Shown piece by piece: positions 37,670 to 47,166 of a DNA stretch of 52,950 nt (positions are counted from its first letter, which is position 1; every line of letters starts with the position of its first letter). The notes under the pieces were generated by a model. That model made no database searches, was not told where the DNA came from, and saw nothing but the letters and a program-made list of their open reading frames with translations. Both the position numbers and the translations under genes were made by a program. Source of the stretch: a virus (Duplodnaviria > Caudoviricetes); the IMG/VR virus record IMGVR_UViG_3300048032_000821, positions 1 through 52,950 of that record; one strand, given 5' to 3'.

Positions 37670-37975
37670 ATGAAGATCATAATATTAGGAAAAAGTAATC
37701 AAATGGGTGCTACACCCAATATTCGTATAAAAGGCATGAGCCAAGTCCGATACAATTTCGTTTGGGACAAAGAGATCAGACATTTTGCTTTCGAGCCTGA
37801 GAACCAAAAACAAATAGATGATATCTTCCGTACGCAGGGTAAACTGTATAAGACTATGTTCTTTTCCGTCTACTTAGAACCCGAGACCAAAGCCCAAGAA
37901 GAAAAGCCAAAGGCCAAAAGCCGTAAGTCGAAGGTCAAAAGTCAACCGGTAGCGGAAGAGCTGGCGGTTTCCTAA
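37670..37975 (+). CDS. Hypothetical head-associated protein
   Basis: ATG 37670 (MKIIILGK); post-capsid position. Confidence 0.65.
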   Translation: MKIIILGKSNQMGATPNIRIKGMSQVRYNFVWDKEIRHFAFEPENQKQIDDIFRTQGKLYKTMFFSVYLEPETKAQEEKPKAKSRKSKVKSQPVAEELAVS

Positions 37976-37978
37976 TAT
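37943..37978 (+). promoter_or_regulatory. Late-type promoter, likely leaderless
   Basis: CAACCGG-TAGCGG-N17-TAATAT-N6-ATG(37985). Confidence 0.55.
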
Positions 37979-37984
37979 TTTTTA

Positions 37985-38737
37985 ATGATCGATATCACTT
38001 TCAAAGCTCTCAAGGATCAGCTTGCGTCTATGCTTGGAGCGGACGAAGCTGCCGATCTTCCACCGGTCGATGAGAACCGTTTGGAGATATGTATCAATCA
38101 GGCATATCGTGAATGTTACAATCCAATTGATGGGAGAAGAGCGATGTGGGCACAGAAGAAATTTACTCTGTCCTTTACTGAAATGCAGGCAGGAGTTTCT
38201 CTCCCTAGGCAGGTAACATCTGTTGATAAGATTCCTGTATTAGTAGGGGAGGGTCCATTATCTCCCATGACAGGGCCTGAGGCTGAGATCCGTGCGCGTT
38301 CTATTTTCTCATGGGATTTTCGAGCACCATCCGGTCGAGGATTAAGCTTTCCCATGTACAAGGAGAACGAAGCAGAAGTCGGTCGTCCTGTATGGTATTA
38401 TCTCGATAATCGTGATGACGGAAGTGACGCAGATGTAATCCCGAGATTCTATTTATATCCGATTCCTGACAAAGCATATGATGTTGAAGTCTATGCGAAT
38501 GTCATTCCCGATCCATTGGATAATGACACGGATAAACCAAGAATTCCGTCCGAGCTTGTATGGGATATTATGTATCCAATTGCCCAGGCAAAACTTCTTT
38601 CCGATCCCAGATATAATGGCGCAAATAAAGAGTTTATCGCGCGCATGGCGGAAGAGGCTAGGAAAAGATTACGGACATTGGTCACCCCGCAAAAGCATAA
38701 AGGCTCACTTCGTTTAACCCGCCGAGTCGGCTGGTAA
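37985..38737 (+). CDS. Head-tail adaptor protein
   Basis: INQAYRE, GRPVWYY, YLYPIPDKAYDV and PRIP motifs typical of podovirus adaptors. Confidence 0.75.
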   Translation: MIDITFKALKDQLASMLGADEAADLPPVDENRLEICINQAYRECYNPIDGRRAMWAQKKFTLSFTEMQAGVSLPRQVTSVDKIPVLVGEGPLSPMTGPEAEIRARSIFSWDFRAPSGRGLSFPMYKENEAEVGRPVWYYLDNRDDGSDADVIPRFYLYPIPDKAYDVEVYANVIPDPLDNDTDKPRIPSELVWDIMYPIAQAKLLSDPRYNGANKEFIARMAEEARKRLRTLVTPQKHKGSLRLTRRVGW

Positions 38738-38741
38738 TATC

Positions 38742-39968
38742 ATGGCCAAAGACCTGACAATCAGGCTTCTGGGTCGTCCACAGGTAACTAAGGATGATCA
38801 AGTTGGTTATCAGCGCATAGCCCGACAGTATGTGGTCGAAGGCTACAGGGCCAGTCAGGCAGGAATCAATGATCCCAGCAATCCATTATTTCTGGCTGTG
38901 GGAACTGCGGATGAAGAATTTACCGATCATTATTTGGTAAATCAAAAAATTACCCCCAAGCAGGGATCTGTTGATACGGCATATTTGAGCCGTGAATTTG
39001 TTGAGATCCGCAATACCCATGTACAGGAATCAGTAGTAGCGACAAATGATATTAGACGAATTCGTCGTACATTTGTTGTCCTCCGTGCAGATCATGCTCG
39101 TGGATATTCAACTGCACAGTTTGCAAAACATCCGCTTAATGGCGGTGGGTATGAACCATGGGATTATGCTCCCTCAAATGTGAGCACACCTCCGGGTGTA
39201 GCTACCCACTCACTACCGTCAGAAACGGGACTGAATAAACCACCGGGAATCGGGGAAGATGATAACGCAGGATTGTATGATGCGTTAAACACTCGTAATG
39301 ATGTAAATACTGGCGACTGGTTAAAAGGCACCGTTCAAACATCTATGTCCCAGCCGGGTGTTGATGTATGGAGTGTTGAATGGGTGACCCATAATTCTCC
39401 CTACTGGAATGCAGGTGTTAAAAAAGGAAGTTCTTCCAGTTTTAAACCGCCCAAGGTTGTATCCTTTGATAAGGATGGTTTACGGATTGCGGATTTTGGT
39501 ACCGGAAGCGGGAGCACAACTTACAGTCAAATATCACAGTTTAATTTTTTCGTGGTTGCGGAAGCATTACCGCAGGACTTCGCAACATATTGGGGAGGAA
39601 CTGCGAATATTACACCTTCTGTAATGCTAGATTTTTCATTGACTGCATATACCGGACATCGCAACGGTTTCGATTTTCATAAGCTTATTCCAAACGCTAT
39701 TTTTAAATATTCGACTGCGGGCAACTTGGACGATCTCGCGACCGATATTGTACGGGGCTATAAATTCGGTCCTTACGAATCCCCTTATCCAACATTTAAA
39801 AACCATAAAATAGTCGATGGTGGTGGGACAATTACATGGCAGAATTCGTATGTAGCTTCCTCCACCTATGCCAATCTTGCCGGGGTTCAGGTATCTCCTG
39901 TTTTTACCAGCTCTGACGGTAATGAAAAAAGAAAAATTTGGAAAATAAGCACGACCTATGTTGGATGA
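38742..39968 (+). CDS. Putative tail protein
   Basis: 408-aa beta-rich ORF in the tail operon. Confidence 0.55.
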   Translation: MAKDLTIRLLGRPQVTKDDQVGYQRIARQYVVEGYRASQAGINDPSNPLFLAVGTADEEFTDHYLVNQKITPKQGSVDTAYLSREFVEIRNTHVQESVVATNDIRRIRRTFVVLRADHARGYSTAQFAKHPLNGGGYEPWDYAPSNVSTPPGVATHSLPSETGLNKPPGIGEDDNAGLYDALNTRNDVNTGDWLKGTVQTSMSQPGVDVWSVEWVTHNSPYWNAGVKKGSSSSFKPPKVVSFDKDGLRIADFGTGSGSTTYSQISQFNFFVVAEALPQDFATYWGGTANITPSVMLDFSLTAYTGHRNGFDFHKLIPNAIFKYSTAGNLDDLATDIVRGYKFGPYESPYPTFKNHKIVDGGGTITWQNSYVASSTYANLAGVQVSPVFTSSDGNEKRKIWKISTTYVG

Positions 39969-41712
39969 TCCGGAAGAGAAATTCAAAGAGCTTAAAGAAA
40001 AGCTTGAGGATATAGATGCTCGGATTGATGAACTTGAGGAATCCGAAGAAACTATAGAGCCCGAGGAAGGGTTTCTTCAAATACACGGTTCATCCGATCA
40101 GTTTTTTCTACACTGGATTGATATCTCTGAAACAAGCTATTCTGAATGTGAAGATGTAGATTCTGTAGAAAAAGCACAAAAGGCATTTAAGGAGGCTGCT
40201 GAATATCGTGAGGATTCTGAAAATGATAAGCGGGGTATTTTACACGGAGATGTAATGGTGCTTCTTTGCAATAGTGCTAAGGAAGAGGATCAAGAATCGG
40301 GTGAGATCACATACACGGATTCCTGCTACTACGCCGGTATGTGTATAATAACTGACGGTCTGATGCAGGAAGAAAACCCTGTTTCCGATATAAAGATCGG
40401 AGCATCTATTGAGGAGGACGGTGAAACAGTTAAACAGTTCATCGCCTGGGATACATGCGGAGGAGAATCCTGCCCGGAAGATCCTGATACTATACAGTTT
40501 GATGAATTGAAACCACCGGAAAGCGGTGGTGGTGATGAGGATCTTAAAGGAATCGAGATTGCACAGCCGTTTGGATCATCCACGCTTCTGGCAAAACTTC
40601 ATGAACTTGAAACTCTGACATTTACGAAAAAAGAAGGTGAGGGTGGTGAAAATCCAGAGCCTGATCCTATAGAATATGTAATGTTCAAGGATGGAGATCC
40701 TTTTAATGCAGGTGCCTTATTTGAATTTTCAAATATCATTAATGAAGCTGATGATGGCTACGATGTGGAAGCGGGAGTCATGCAAGTTTCTTTGTACTCG
40801 GCATCCGGTAAAATTAAGGAAGTAAATTACAAAGCAAAGACATACGATCTAAAGACTGTGAGCATCAGCTCGGACAGTTGCGGTATGTTAAAAAGAGAAG
40901 ATGCTGAGGATGAAAATGGTGAGCCGATTAAAGAATCGGTAAAATTTATTTCCAAAGTTGAAGGCTCAGAACCTACTCATTATCTTAGTTCCTTACGAGC
41001 AGAGGCTGGTTCTGCCACAGTAAGTCTTGGAACTTTTGATCTGAGCAGTCTGATGGTTACCGAAGATAACTTTGAAAATGGGCATTTCTTTGTACCAAAA
41101 ATTGATGAGACTGGTGCTACTCTTAAACAAGTCTGTAGGGATATAGAAACGAAATCCGAAATACAGCTGCTAAAAGATTTTAAAATAGATGTCGTTCAAA
41201 CAGCGGAAGGTGATAACTGCACAAAAATTACGATCACCCCCAAAACTAAAAAAGAGACTTTTACATTTCATAGCGGACTACTGACAGATAAAACCGATGA
41301 CGATACCTGGGTATCGGGAACAGCTACCTCTTTTATAGTAGGAAAATGTTCTTCGGAAGATGGATGTCGTGATGCTGAACTAGGTGATCTATTTTTCTCA
41401 ACGGTCACCCGTTACTCAGGCTCTCCTGGTAATTGGACTCTTTACCGGAGCTATAATTACTCAAGCCCGATCCTTCTAAATGGTAGCGCGGTATACAACA
41501 ACCTAACAATAAGAGATGCTAGCGGAAATGTTTTATTTACTGGAACTCGTGGTGATGTGGGCTTCGTAAATACCTCTGTTTTTAATGGTAAAAATGCAAA
41601 CGATGATTGCGAAATACACATCAGCACAGATCTCCACTCTAGTGACATACCGAGAAGCAGTCTTATTAATGGTGAGCTTATTAAAACTGGGGAAAAATTA
41701 GTATTTTCATGA
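39958..41712 (+). CDS. Acidic Cys-containing putative tail protein with N-terminal coiled coil
   Basis: 584 aa; overlaps both neighbours. Confidence 0.55.
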   Translation: MLDDPEEKFKELKEKLEDIDARIDELEESEETIEPEEGFLQIHGSSDQFFLHWIDISETSYSECEDVDSVEKAQKAFKEAAEYREDSENDKRGILHGDVMVLLCNSAKEEDQESGEITYTDSCYYAGMCIITDGLMQEENPVSDIKIGASIEEDGETVKQFIAWDTCGGESCPEDPDTIQFDELKPPESGGGDEDLKGIEIAQPFGSSTLLAKLHELETLTFTKKEGEGGENPEPDPIEYVMFKDGDPFNAGALFEFSNIINEADDGYDVEAGVMQVSLYSASGKIKEVNYKAKTYDLKTVSISSDSCGMLKREDAEDENGEPIKESVKFISKVEGSEPTHYLSSLRAEAGSATVSLGTFDLSSLMVTEDNFENGHFFVPKIDETGATLKQVCRDIETKSEIQLLKDFKIDVVQTAEGDNCTKITITPKTKKETFTFHSGLLTDKTDDDTWVSGTATSFIVGKCSSEDGCRDAELGDLFFSTVTRYSGSPGNWTLYRSYNYSSPILLNGSAVYNNLTIRDASGNVLFTGTRGDVGFVNTSVFNGKNANDDCEIHISTDLHSSDIPRSSLINGELIKTGEKLVFS

Positions 41713-41873
41713 GCGAACAACAAAAGCCAAAAGAAGAATCCAAAGGTCTTGGAGATTCTATTAAAAAAGTGACGGAAGCATTACGAATTCCTCAATGTGG
41801 GGCCTGCAAGCGTAGGCAGGAAAAACTCAACCGATTGTTCCCGTACAAGAACGGTTCTAAAGATAAGAAGTGA
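41709..41873 (+). CDS. Small protein of the SKGLGD..C..C.RRQEKLN.LFPY type (54 aa)
   Basis: Manual translation MSEQQKPKEESKGLGDSIKKVTEALRIPQCGACKRRQEKLNRLFPYKNGSKDKK; ATGA and GTGA overlaps. Confidence 0.75.
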   Translation: MSEQQKPKEESKGLGDSIKKVTEALRIPQCGACKRRQEKLNRLFPYKNGSKDKK

Positions 41874-44812
41874 GGTTTTTCCGGATACCGTCCTTCACCG
41901 GGATCGAGACGCATCGCGATGACGCCGATCGCGGCTCTCTTCGTGTAGTCGAAGGTTGTTTGCCGTTTGGGTCGGGCGGCCTGCGTTCCGGTCCTGTGTG
42001 GCAAGATGCCGGAAATGTAAATATGGTGTCCCAAGCAGATGAGAATCAGCTAACGGCATCGGACGATGGTAATGGAAATTCCGCACTTTTTGTATCGCGC
42101 CTAGAAGAGGTTCACGACATGGCTCTGTTTACATCGGAGCATACTAAAGTATCTTTTTTTGTATCTACTTATTCAGTTGTTGATCCGTTAGATTTATATC
42201 GTAAACAACGGGCTGTAGTTAGCCCGGTTGGAAATCGTTTATTCTCCTTTGGGGATAGCGATGGCGAAGCGGTATTTATTGGTAAAGGACCTCCGGCGGC
42301 ACAAGCATCGGTATTTCCCGATGAGACATTATACAGCTATGAATGGTCAAGATTTCCGGACTGTAAATTCTTTGTCCAAGGACCTAAGAAAACACTCTTC
42401 GCCTCGGGTAATCCGAATAAGCCCCTGACAATTTATATTTCCGAACCAGCGGGGAAAACGAGCCCATATCGGGATGCCCCGTATTCTACCAGTAATACAA
42501 ACCAAAATCCGGGGTCTATGTCTACGGTTGATATTCTTGGATCAAATGCGAGCGTAATCACCGCACTTTCGACCAGAGGCGATCAGGTCGTCGTCCATAC
42601 AGATAAAGGTTGCCATCTTCTATATGCTCCATCAGCGGATCAGGCGGAAACCGGATACCGTGTTGAACAGGCACCCGCAACCAATTTTTCAGCAGCCGTA
42701 AATCCTCAGGTCGTGGGTGGAGAGAGTGGTACCATGAGTTATTGGCTGGGTCACGATGGTCAGATTTATAAGGATGAATCCGCAAGCCGTGGGGCGGAGG
42801 ATAAAAAATCACAGGCAGATCCTGATCAGGCGAGTTGGAAGGCCAAAGGAATTTGGGAGAAAGAGCTGCACCATAATCTGAAAGAATCTTTTGCCACATA
42901 CGATCCTCAGTCAGGTATGTATTGGTTATATGTTCTATCTTCTGAACATTTAGATGATATAAAAGATAAACCTCCACACACTGTTATTGGCATTGAAGCA
43001 ACCCCGGAACTTCCTGGAGCTATCGACAGCCTTGCAGCATTGCCTGAGAAGCCTGGCAAACCTCTAGAGCTCACGGGTTTACCTGAACTACCGGGCGCTG
43101 TCACTAATCTAGAACTTATTACTGCTCCCGGACAGGTTAAAGAATTAGAAGCACTACCTGAAAAACCGGGTACCGTTACTCTGAGCGCACTTCCGGAAAA
43201 ACCGGGGACGATATCCGATCTTACGGGTCTGCCCGAGCGTCCGGGAACTGTTGAAAATCTCGGACTTCTTACGAAGCCCGGGAATATTCTAACTTTTGAT
43301 GCGAAACCTGAGCTTCCCGGTCAGGTAAGTACACTAAGCTCTACGCCAGAAAAACCTGGAACTGTACAAGGCGTATCAGCTGAGCCTGAACTACCCGGTA
43401 AAATTCTAACATTTACTGCACAACCAGAAAGACCCGGTCAGGTACAATCATTAAATACAAGTGTCGATCGTCCGGGTACGGTTACTGGTTTGTCGGGTCT
43501 ACCGGAACTGCCCGGTAAAGTACAAAATCTTACCCTTGATGTGGAAACAACTAAACTACCTACACCAAGTTTAACGGTGACCGTAATCAGCGGACAAGAC
43601 CCCACCAAAGAGGCATACGGGGATTGGCAGAATATATCAGGAGCTTCTCTTTATCATGTGCAAGCATCTACAGATTCTTCTTTCAGTACAAACGGTCTAA
43701 AAATCTTTGCATCTGCAACTGTATCATATTTCCCGTTTGAACATGATACAGTAAATCATCCGAATGAACCTCTGTATCATTTCAGTTTAGCTCCCGGTAC
43801 TACCTACTATATCCGCGTAATGGCAAAGGGTAGCGGGAGTTTTCTTGATTCCGACTGGTCAAATGTTGTTACGCACACAACTACGGCTGCAACTGTTCGT
43901 CCAGGAACCGTTACGGGTCTAGACGCAACTCCTGAATTTCCTGGAGTAGTAACTGGGCTTACCGCAACTGCAGATATCGGTTACATCGATCCAAATGATT
44001 ATGCATTCGACGGAGCATTTTTTGGAACTGGGCAGGTGAGGATATGGGACGGTAATCTTCCTGTACGGGAAATGCAGGGTTCTTGTGTCTTTCATTCGAA
44101 CAACTATCCCGATTCTGCACCTCCAACAAATTTAACAGAAATGTTGGCCACGGGGGATGCCAGTTCTAATCGTATGAATCGCTACTACCCCGATGGTCGG
44201 GTAAATGGGGCTGCAAAAACCGTTGATTACTGCAAAGTATCGACCAGCCAGTTCAGTAGTGATAAATTCAAAATTGTGCCTATCGCGGTAACCTATGAAG
44301 GAAAACGGGATTATAATGATCTTGTTTACGAAAACCTTGGTCCTTTTACTCAGCGTGTATGGAAATTAAACCCTCAGGGAACAAAGCCGTCGTGGAAAAT
44401 TGAGGGTTTTGATAATCAAGGGAACGACGACGAAGTTTGGTTAGTTTACCATCCAAGTTTGGATCAGTATACCGTGCTTGAATTCCCCATGATTGGGGAG
44501 TTAGGAGGTCGAGATTACTACCCGACTATGTATCAACATTTAAAAAAGAGTTCTTACGACCAGTCCCTCGACAGTAACAACCCCTTTGGTGTTTACAGCT
44601 TTCACTGGCAAGCTTCAAATTCAAACCATACCTGCTATGTATTCGCTCCCGATTTTCTTGACTCATGCGATCCGGCACACCGGCCAAATGGTCAACCGGC
44701 ACCTCCGGTACACATAACCCTGCCGGCAAATTCTACTCTCAATGGAACAAGCATAACCAATTTACAAGTTCACCCGGCGAGCGGAACAGCTGATTCCGTT
44801 CAGTGTCCATAA
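41870..44812 (+). CDS. Tail nozzle-like N-terminal part fused to FN3 A-strand repeats, one complete FN3 and an unknown C-terminal domain
   Basis: FTGI..GGLRSGP start and propeller-like segments up to ATYDPQSGMYWLYV; about 17 PGxVxxLxA repeats; LAPGTTYYIRVMA..SDWS FN3. Confidence 0.65.
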   Translation: MRFFRIPSFTGIETHRDDADRGSLRVVEGCLPFGSGGLRSGPVWQDAGNVNMVSQADENQLTASDDGNGNSALFVSRLEEVHDMALFTSEHTKVSFFVSTYSVVDPLDLYRKQRAVVSPVGNRLFSFGDSDGEAVFIGKGPPAAQASVFPDETLYSYEWSRFPDCKFFVQGPKKTLFASGNPNKPLTIYISEPAGKTSPYRDAPYSTSNTNQNPGSMSTVDILGSNASVITALSTRGDQVVVHTDKGCHLLYAPSADQAETGYRVEQAPATNFSAAVNPQVVGGESGTMSYWLGHDGQIYKDESASRGAEDKKSQADPDQASWKAKGIWEKELHHNLKESFATYDPQSGMYWLYVLSSEHLDDIKDKPPHTVIGIEATPELPGAIDSLAALPEKPGKPLELTGLPELPGAVTNLELITAPGQVKELEALPEKPGTVTLSALPEKPGTISDLTGLPERPGTVENLGLLTKPGNILTFDAKPELPGQVSTLSSTPEKPGTVQGVSAEPELPGKILTFTAQPERPGQVQSLNTSVDRPGTVTGLSGLPELPGKVQNLTLDVETTKLPTPSLTVTVISGQDPTKEAYGDWQNISGASLYHVQASTDSSFSTNGLKIFASATVSYFPFEHDTVNHPNEPLYHFSLAPGTTYYIRVMAKGSGSFLDSDWSNVVTHTTTAATVRPGTVTGLDATPEFPGVVTGLTATADIGYIDPNDYAFDGAFFGTGQVRIWDGNLPVREMQGSCVFHSNNYPDSAPPTNLTEMLATGDASSNRMNRYYPDGRVNGAAKTVDYCKVSTSQFSSDKFKIVPIAVTYEGKRDYNDLVYENLGPFTQRVWKLNPQGTKPSWKIEGFDNQGNDDEVWLVYHPSLDQYTVLEFPMIGELGGRDYYPTMYQHLKKSSYDQSLDSNNPFGVYSFHWQASNSNHTCYVFAPDFLDSCDPAHRPNGQPAPPVHITLPANSTLNGTSITNLQVHPASGTADSVQCP

Positions 44813-44815
44813 TCG

Positions 44816-44852
44816 CAACCGATTGAACCAAGCACACTCAATATCTTAAAAT
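44816..44852 (+). promoter_or_regulatory. Late-type promoter
   Basis: CAACCGA-TTGAAC-N18-TAAAAT, 9 nt before ATG 44862. Confidence 0.65.
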
Positions 44853-44861
44853 TATAATACT

Positions 44862-45146
44862 ATGGCAAAAATCGTACTTAATTGGAACCCACCATCTGAT
44901 ACCAGTGGAGGCTCCGCAACATCCTACAAAATATACCGAATCAACGGCACCGTGACCAACGGAAGTACTATTGTTTCAGGCGGCACAAATATCGCAAATC
45001 CTACTCACTCAGGTTCTGCGACCGCTCAGCAAGAATACCCCGACGAAAGTGCGACTCACGGATCCACATATTCGTATACTATTTTAGGAAATAATGCGGC
45101 AGGACCTTCTCAAACTCCTGCTACTCCAGCAACCGCTACCGCGTAA
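44862..45146 (+). CDS. Stand-alone FN3-like domain lacking strand A (paralog of 28256)
   Basis: MAKIVLNWNPP, SYKIYR, YPDES and TYSYTILGNNAAGPS. Confidence 0.8.
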   Translation: MAKIVLNWNPPSDTSGGSATSYKIYRINGTVTNGSTIVSGGTNIANPTHSGSATAQQEYPDESATHGSTYSYTILGNNAAGPSQTPATPATATA

Positions 45147-45154
45147 AACTCGCC

Positions 45155-45847
45155 ATGACGGCGGTTTCAATATACTCCGGAGAGACGCAACCTTCGAAGT
45201 ATAAAGGTTTTGTCTATAATGAACGGATGAATGCATTGGCGGGTCCTTTTGACGCCGAGGATATCAGTGCCATTACGACCCGTGACAATTCATCCGATAT
45301 GTTCTGTGTAACCCGGCAGAATGAGATTAAAAAGACTACCCTCACTGATATTAACAATCCTGATTTTCCAACCTTTCAGGATCCGTTTACAAAATTAGAT
45401 GAAGAGTTTTCTACCGGGGAGAAAGGTGTTATCCTATCTTCATCCGGAGAGGGGTTTTTATATCGTGGTAAATTTAAAGAGTCTCCTTTTGCTGAGCCCG
45501 TAATCGGTGAGGGGACTGTAAAAAAGCCAAAATTTTTCAGGGATTCGTATTTAGCCATAGCCGAAACCCATTGGATGCATCTTGGCGATGAACATAATGA
45601 GAAACAAATTCACCGAGTAGATCTAAGATTTCACAAAAATTCCTGCGGACATATTTTTCTATATGTCCAAAACGAAGAGGGTAAAACCAAAGGCCAGTAT
45701 AAAGGAATGGTAAAAGAACATATGAAAGTCTTTACCAATGTCCGTGGCCGAAGTTTTAAAATATGCTTAATGGTCGCAACTCATAAAGATCACCCGTGGG
45801 CACTCCGAGAAATGTCCATCGGGCATCTTTACGGGAAGAGCTTCTAG
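45155..45847 (+). CDS. Tail nozzle-like C-terminal part
   Basis: FVYN.., ETHWMHLGDEHNEKQIHRVDLRF and RGRSFKI resemble the C-terminus of P22 gp10-like nozzle proteins. Confidence 0.6.
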   Translation: MTAVSIYSGETQPSKYKGFVYNERMNALAGPFDAEDISAITTRDNSSDMFCVTRQNEIKKTTLTDINNPDFPTFQDPFTKLDEEFSTGEKGVILSSSGEGFLYRGKFKESPFAEPVIGEGTVKKPKFFRDSYLAIAETHWMHLGDEHNEKQIHRVDLRFHKNSCGHIFLYVQNEEGKTKGQYKGMVKEHMKVFTNVRGRSFKICLMVATHKDHPWALREMSIGHLYGKSF

Positions 45848-45848
45848 G

Positions 45849-46997
45849 CTAAGCAGCCCAGCAGGCGATTACTTTTTTATCTTCGATCAGATCGCTGTAG
45901 CTTTCGCTAGTAGTCTTTGAATCGGCATGCCTGCAATATTTTTGCGAGGTATACAGACTCTCGGTCGTAGAAACATAGGACCCAAACAGTTTTCGCAGTT
46001 CATGCAATGGGCTAGGTCTGTCCCAACCGATATCCCGCAATAATGCCAAAGCATCGCTGTATACTGGTCGTCCATTATCCGCACGATTCTTAATTAAATA
46101 ATCGTCGCCCGACGCTTTATTAAGAATTCTTTTGGCTAATGCTTTATTTCCCATGCTGTGTCCTTCGTGTCCACCTTTTGGTCGAAACTTTTTTTCCGCT
46201 TCGACATTCACCCGCGCCTTGTCCCCTTCGAGATTAAACCATGATCTTCTGGAATGATATACTTCATTTCGTCTCAGTCCGAAAATCAGGGATAATCCCA
46301 TAAGCGTATGGACATCCCCGTTGGTCGTATGCCAAAGGTCGAAGGTCTTTTGGATCAAATCCATTGGCGGTAGTTTATACTGCTTGCCCAGCTTTTTAAA
46401 GAAATCAGCTTCCTGAAGTGATTCATTAAAATCTACACAAAAACCATCAAATATCTTGTGGTTAAATATCGCTTTCGTGGCTCTCAGCTTCGCATTGATT
46501 GTTCTTTTTCTCGACTGAATCTCCCCTTCATCGGTCAGCCCGTGGAGAGCTAGTGTTTTATATCCATTGATAAAACTCTCATTCAATTCTCCGCAGTCAA
46601 AATTATCGACATCCTTTTTATTGGTAACGACACGGATCACCCGTTTCAGGTTATCCAAATAATCTTTAACCGTTTTTGGGGCTAGCCCGAGAGCTGCCTG
46701 ATTTTCACGCAATCGTTTTTCAACATCTGAGACTTTTGGACTCGGATCTTTCTCTGCCTGAAACCGTTTTCGGTTAAACATCTCGATCACCTCTTTTATT
46801 GGGTGCAATGTTTTGGCTGCACGAATCTTATCAGCAAGATCCAATGCCTGGCGTTTATCATATCCGAGAGGGAAATAATATTGCTTTCCATCTACCATCG
46901 GACGGTAAAAGAAAACACTATTCGCATTCTTACGATATATGCGTGTGCCTACTCGGGATTTAGCGCTTAATTTGCGCATAGGTGGTGTGTGGTTCAT
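45849..46997 (-). CDS. int: Tyrosine recombinase (integrase)
   Basis: GLRRNE (R), PK, LHELRK (HxxR), RH and TSESY (Y). The start is ambiguous (47024, 46997 or 46979). Confidence 0.92.
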   Translation of the reverse strand: MNHTPPMRKLSAKSRVGTRIYRKNANSVFFYRPMVDGKQYYFPLGYDKRQALDLADKIRAAKTLHPIKEVIEMFNRKRFQAEKDPSPKVSDVEKRLRENQAALGLAPKTVKDYLDNLKRVIRVVTNKKDVDNFDCGELNESFINGYKTLALHGLTDEGEIQSRKRTINAKLRATKAIFNHKIFDGFCVDFNESLQEADFFKKLGKQYKLPPMDLIQKTFDLWHTTNGDVHTLMGLSLIFGLRRNEVYHSRRSWFNLEGDKARVNVEAEKKFRPKGGHEGHSMGNKALAKRILNKASGDDYLIKNRADNGRPVYSDALALLRDIGWDRPSPLHELRKLFGSYVSTTESLYTSQKYCRHADSKTTSESYSDLIEDKKVIACWAA

Positions 46998-47075
46998 TCT
47001 CTTGATGTAGTGTGGGTTTTTCATAAAGTCCAGTGTTTATGCGGGACCTACACTATATCTAGTACCCTAAATCAA

Positions 47076-47116
47076 GATTTTGAATCCGGCGCGTCTACCA
47101 ATTCCGCCATCCGGGC
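47076..47116 (-). other. attP core: 5' half of tRNA-Leu(CAA)
   Basis: GCCCGGATGGCGGAATTGGTAGACGCGCCGGA-TTCAAAA-TC gives the acceptor 5' strand, D arm and anticodon loop. There is no T arm or 3' acceptor strand afterwards. Adjacent to int. Confidence 0.85.
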
Positions 47117-47137
47117 AAAGTGTTGATTTACAGTAAG

Positions 47138-47166
47138 TTGACAAGTGTAGTGCAAGTCTATACAAT
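47138..47166 (+). promoter_or_regulatory. Near-consensus sigma70 promoter
   Basis: TTGACA-N17-TACAAT upstream of 47212. Confidence 0.8.

Noticed and set aside
47030-47116. Complete tRNA-Leu gene
   Set aside because: No GTTCRA T-loop or 3' acceptor strand, and the 3' side of the anticodon stem is broken. Called an att fragment instead.
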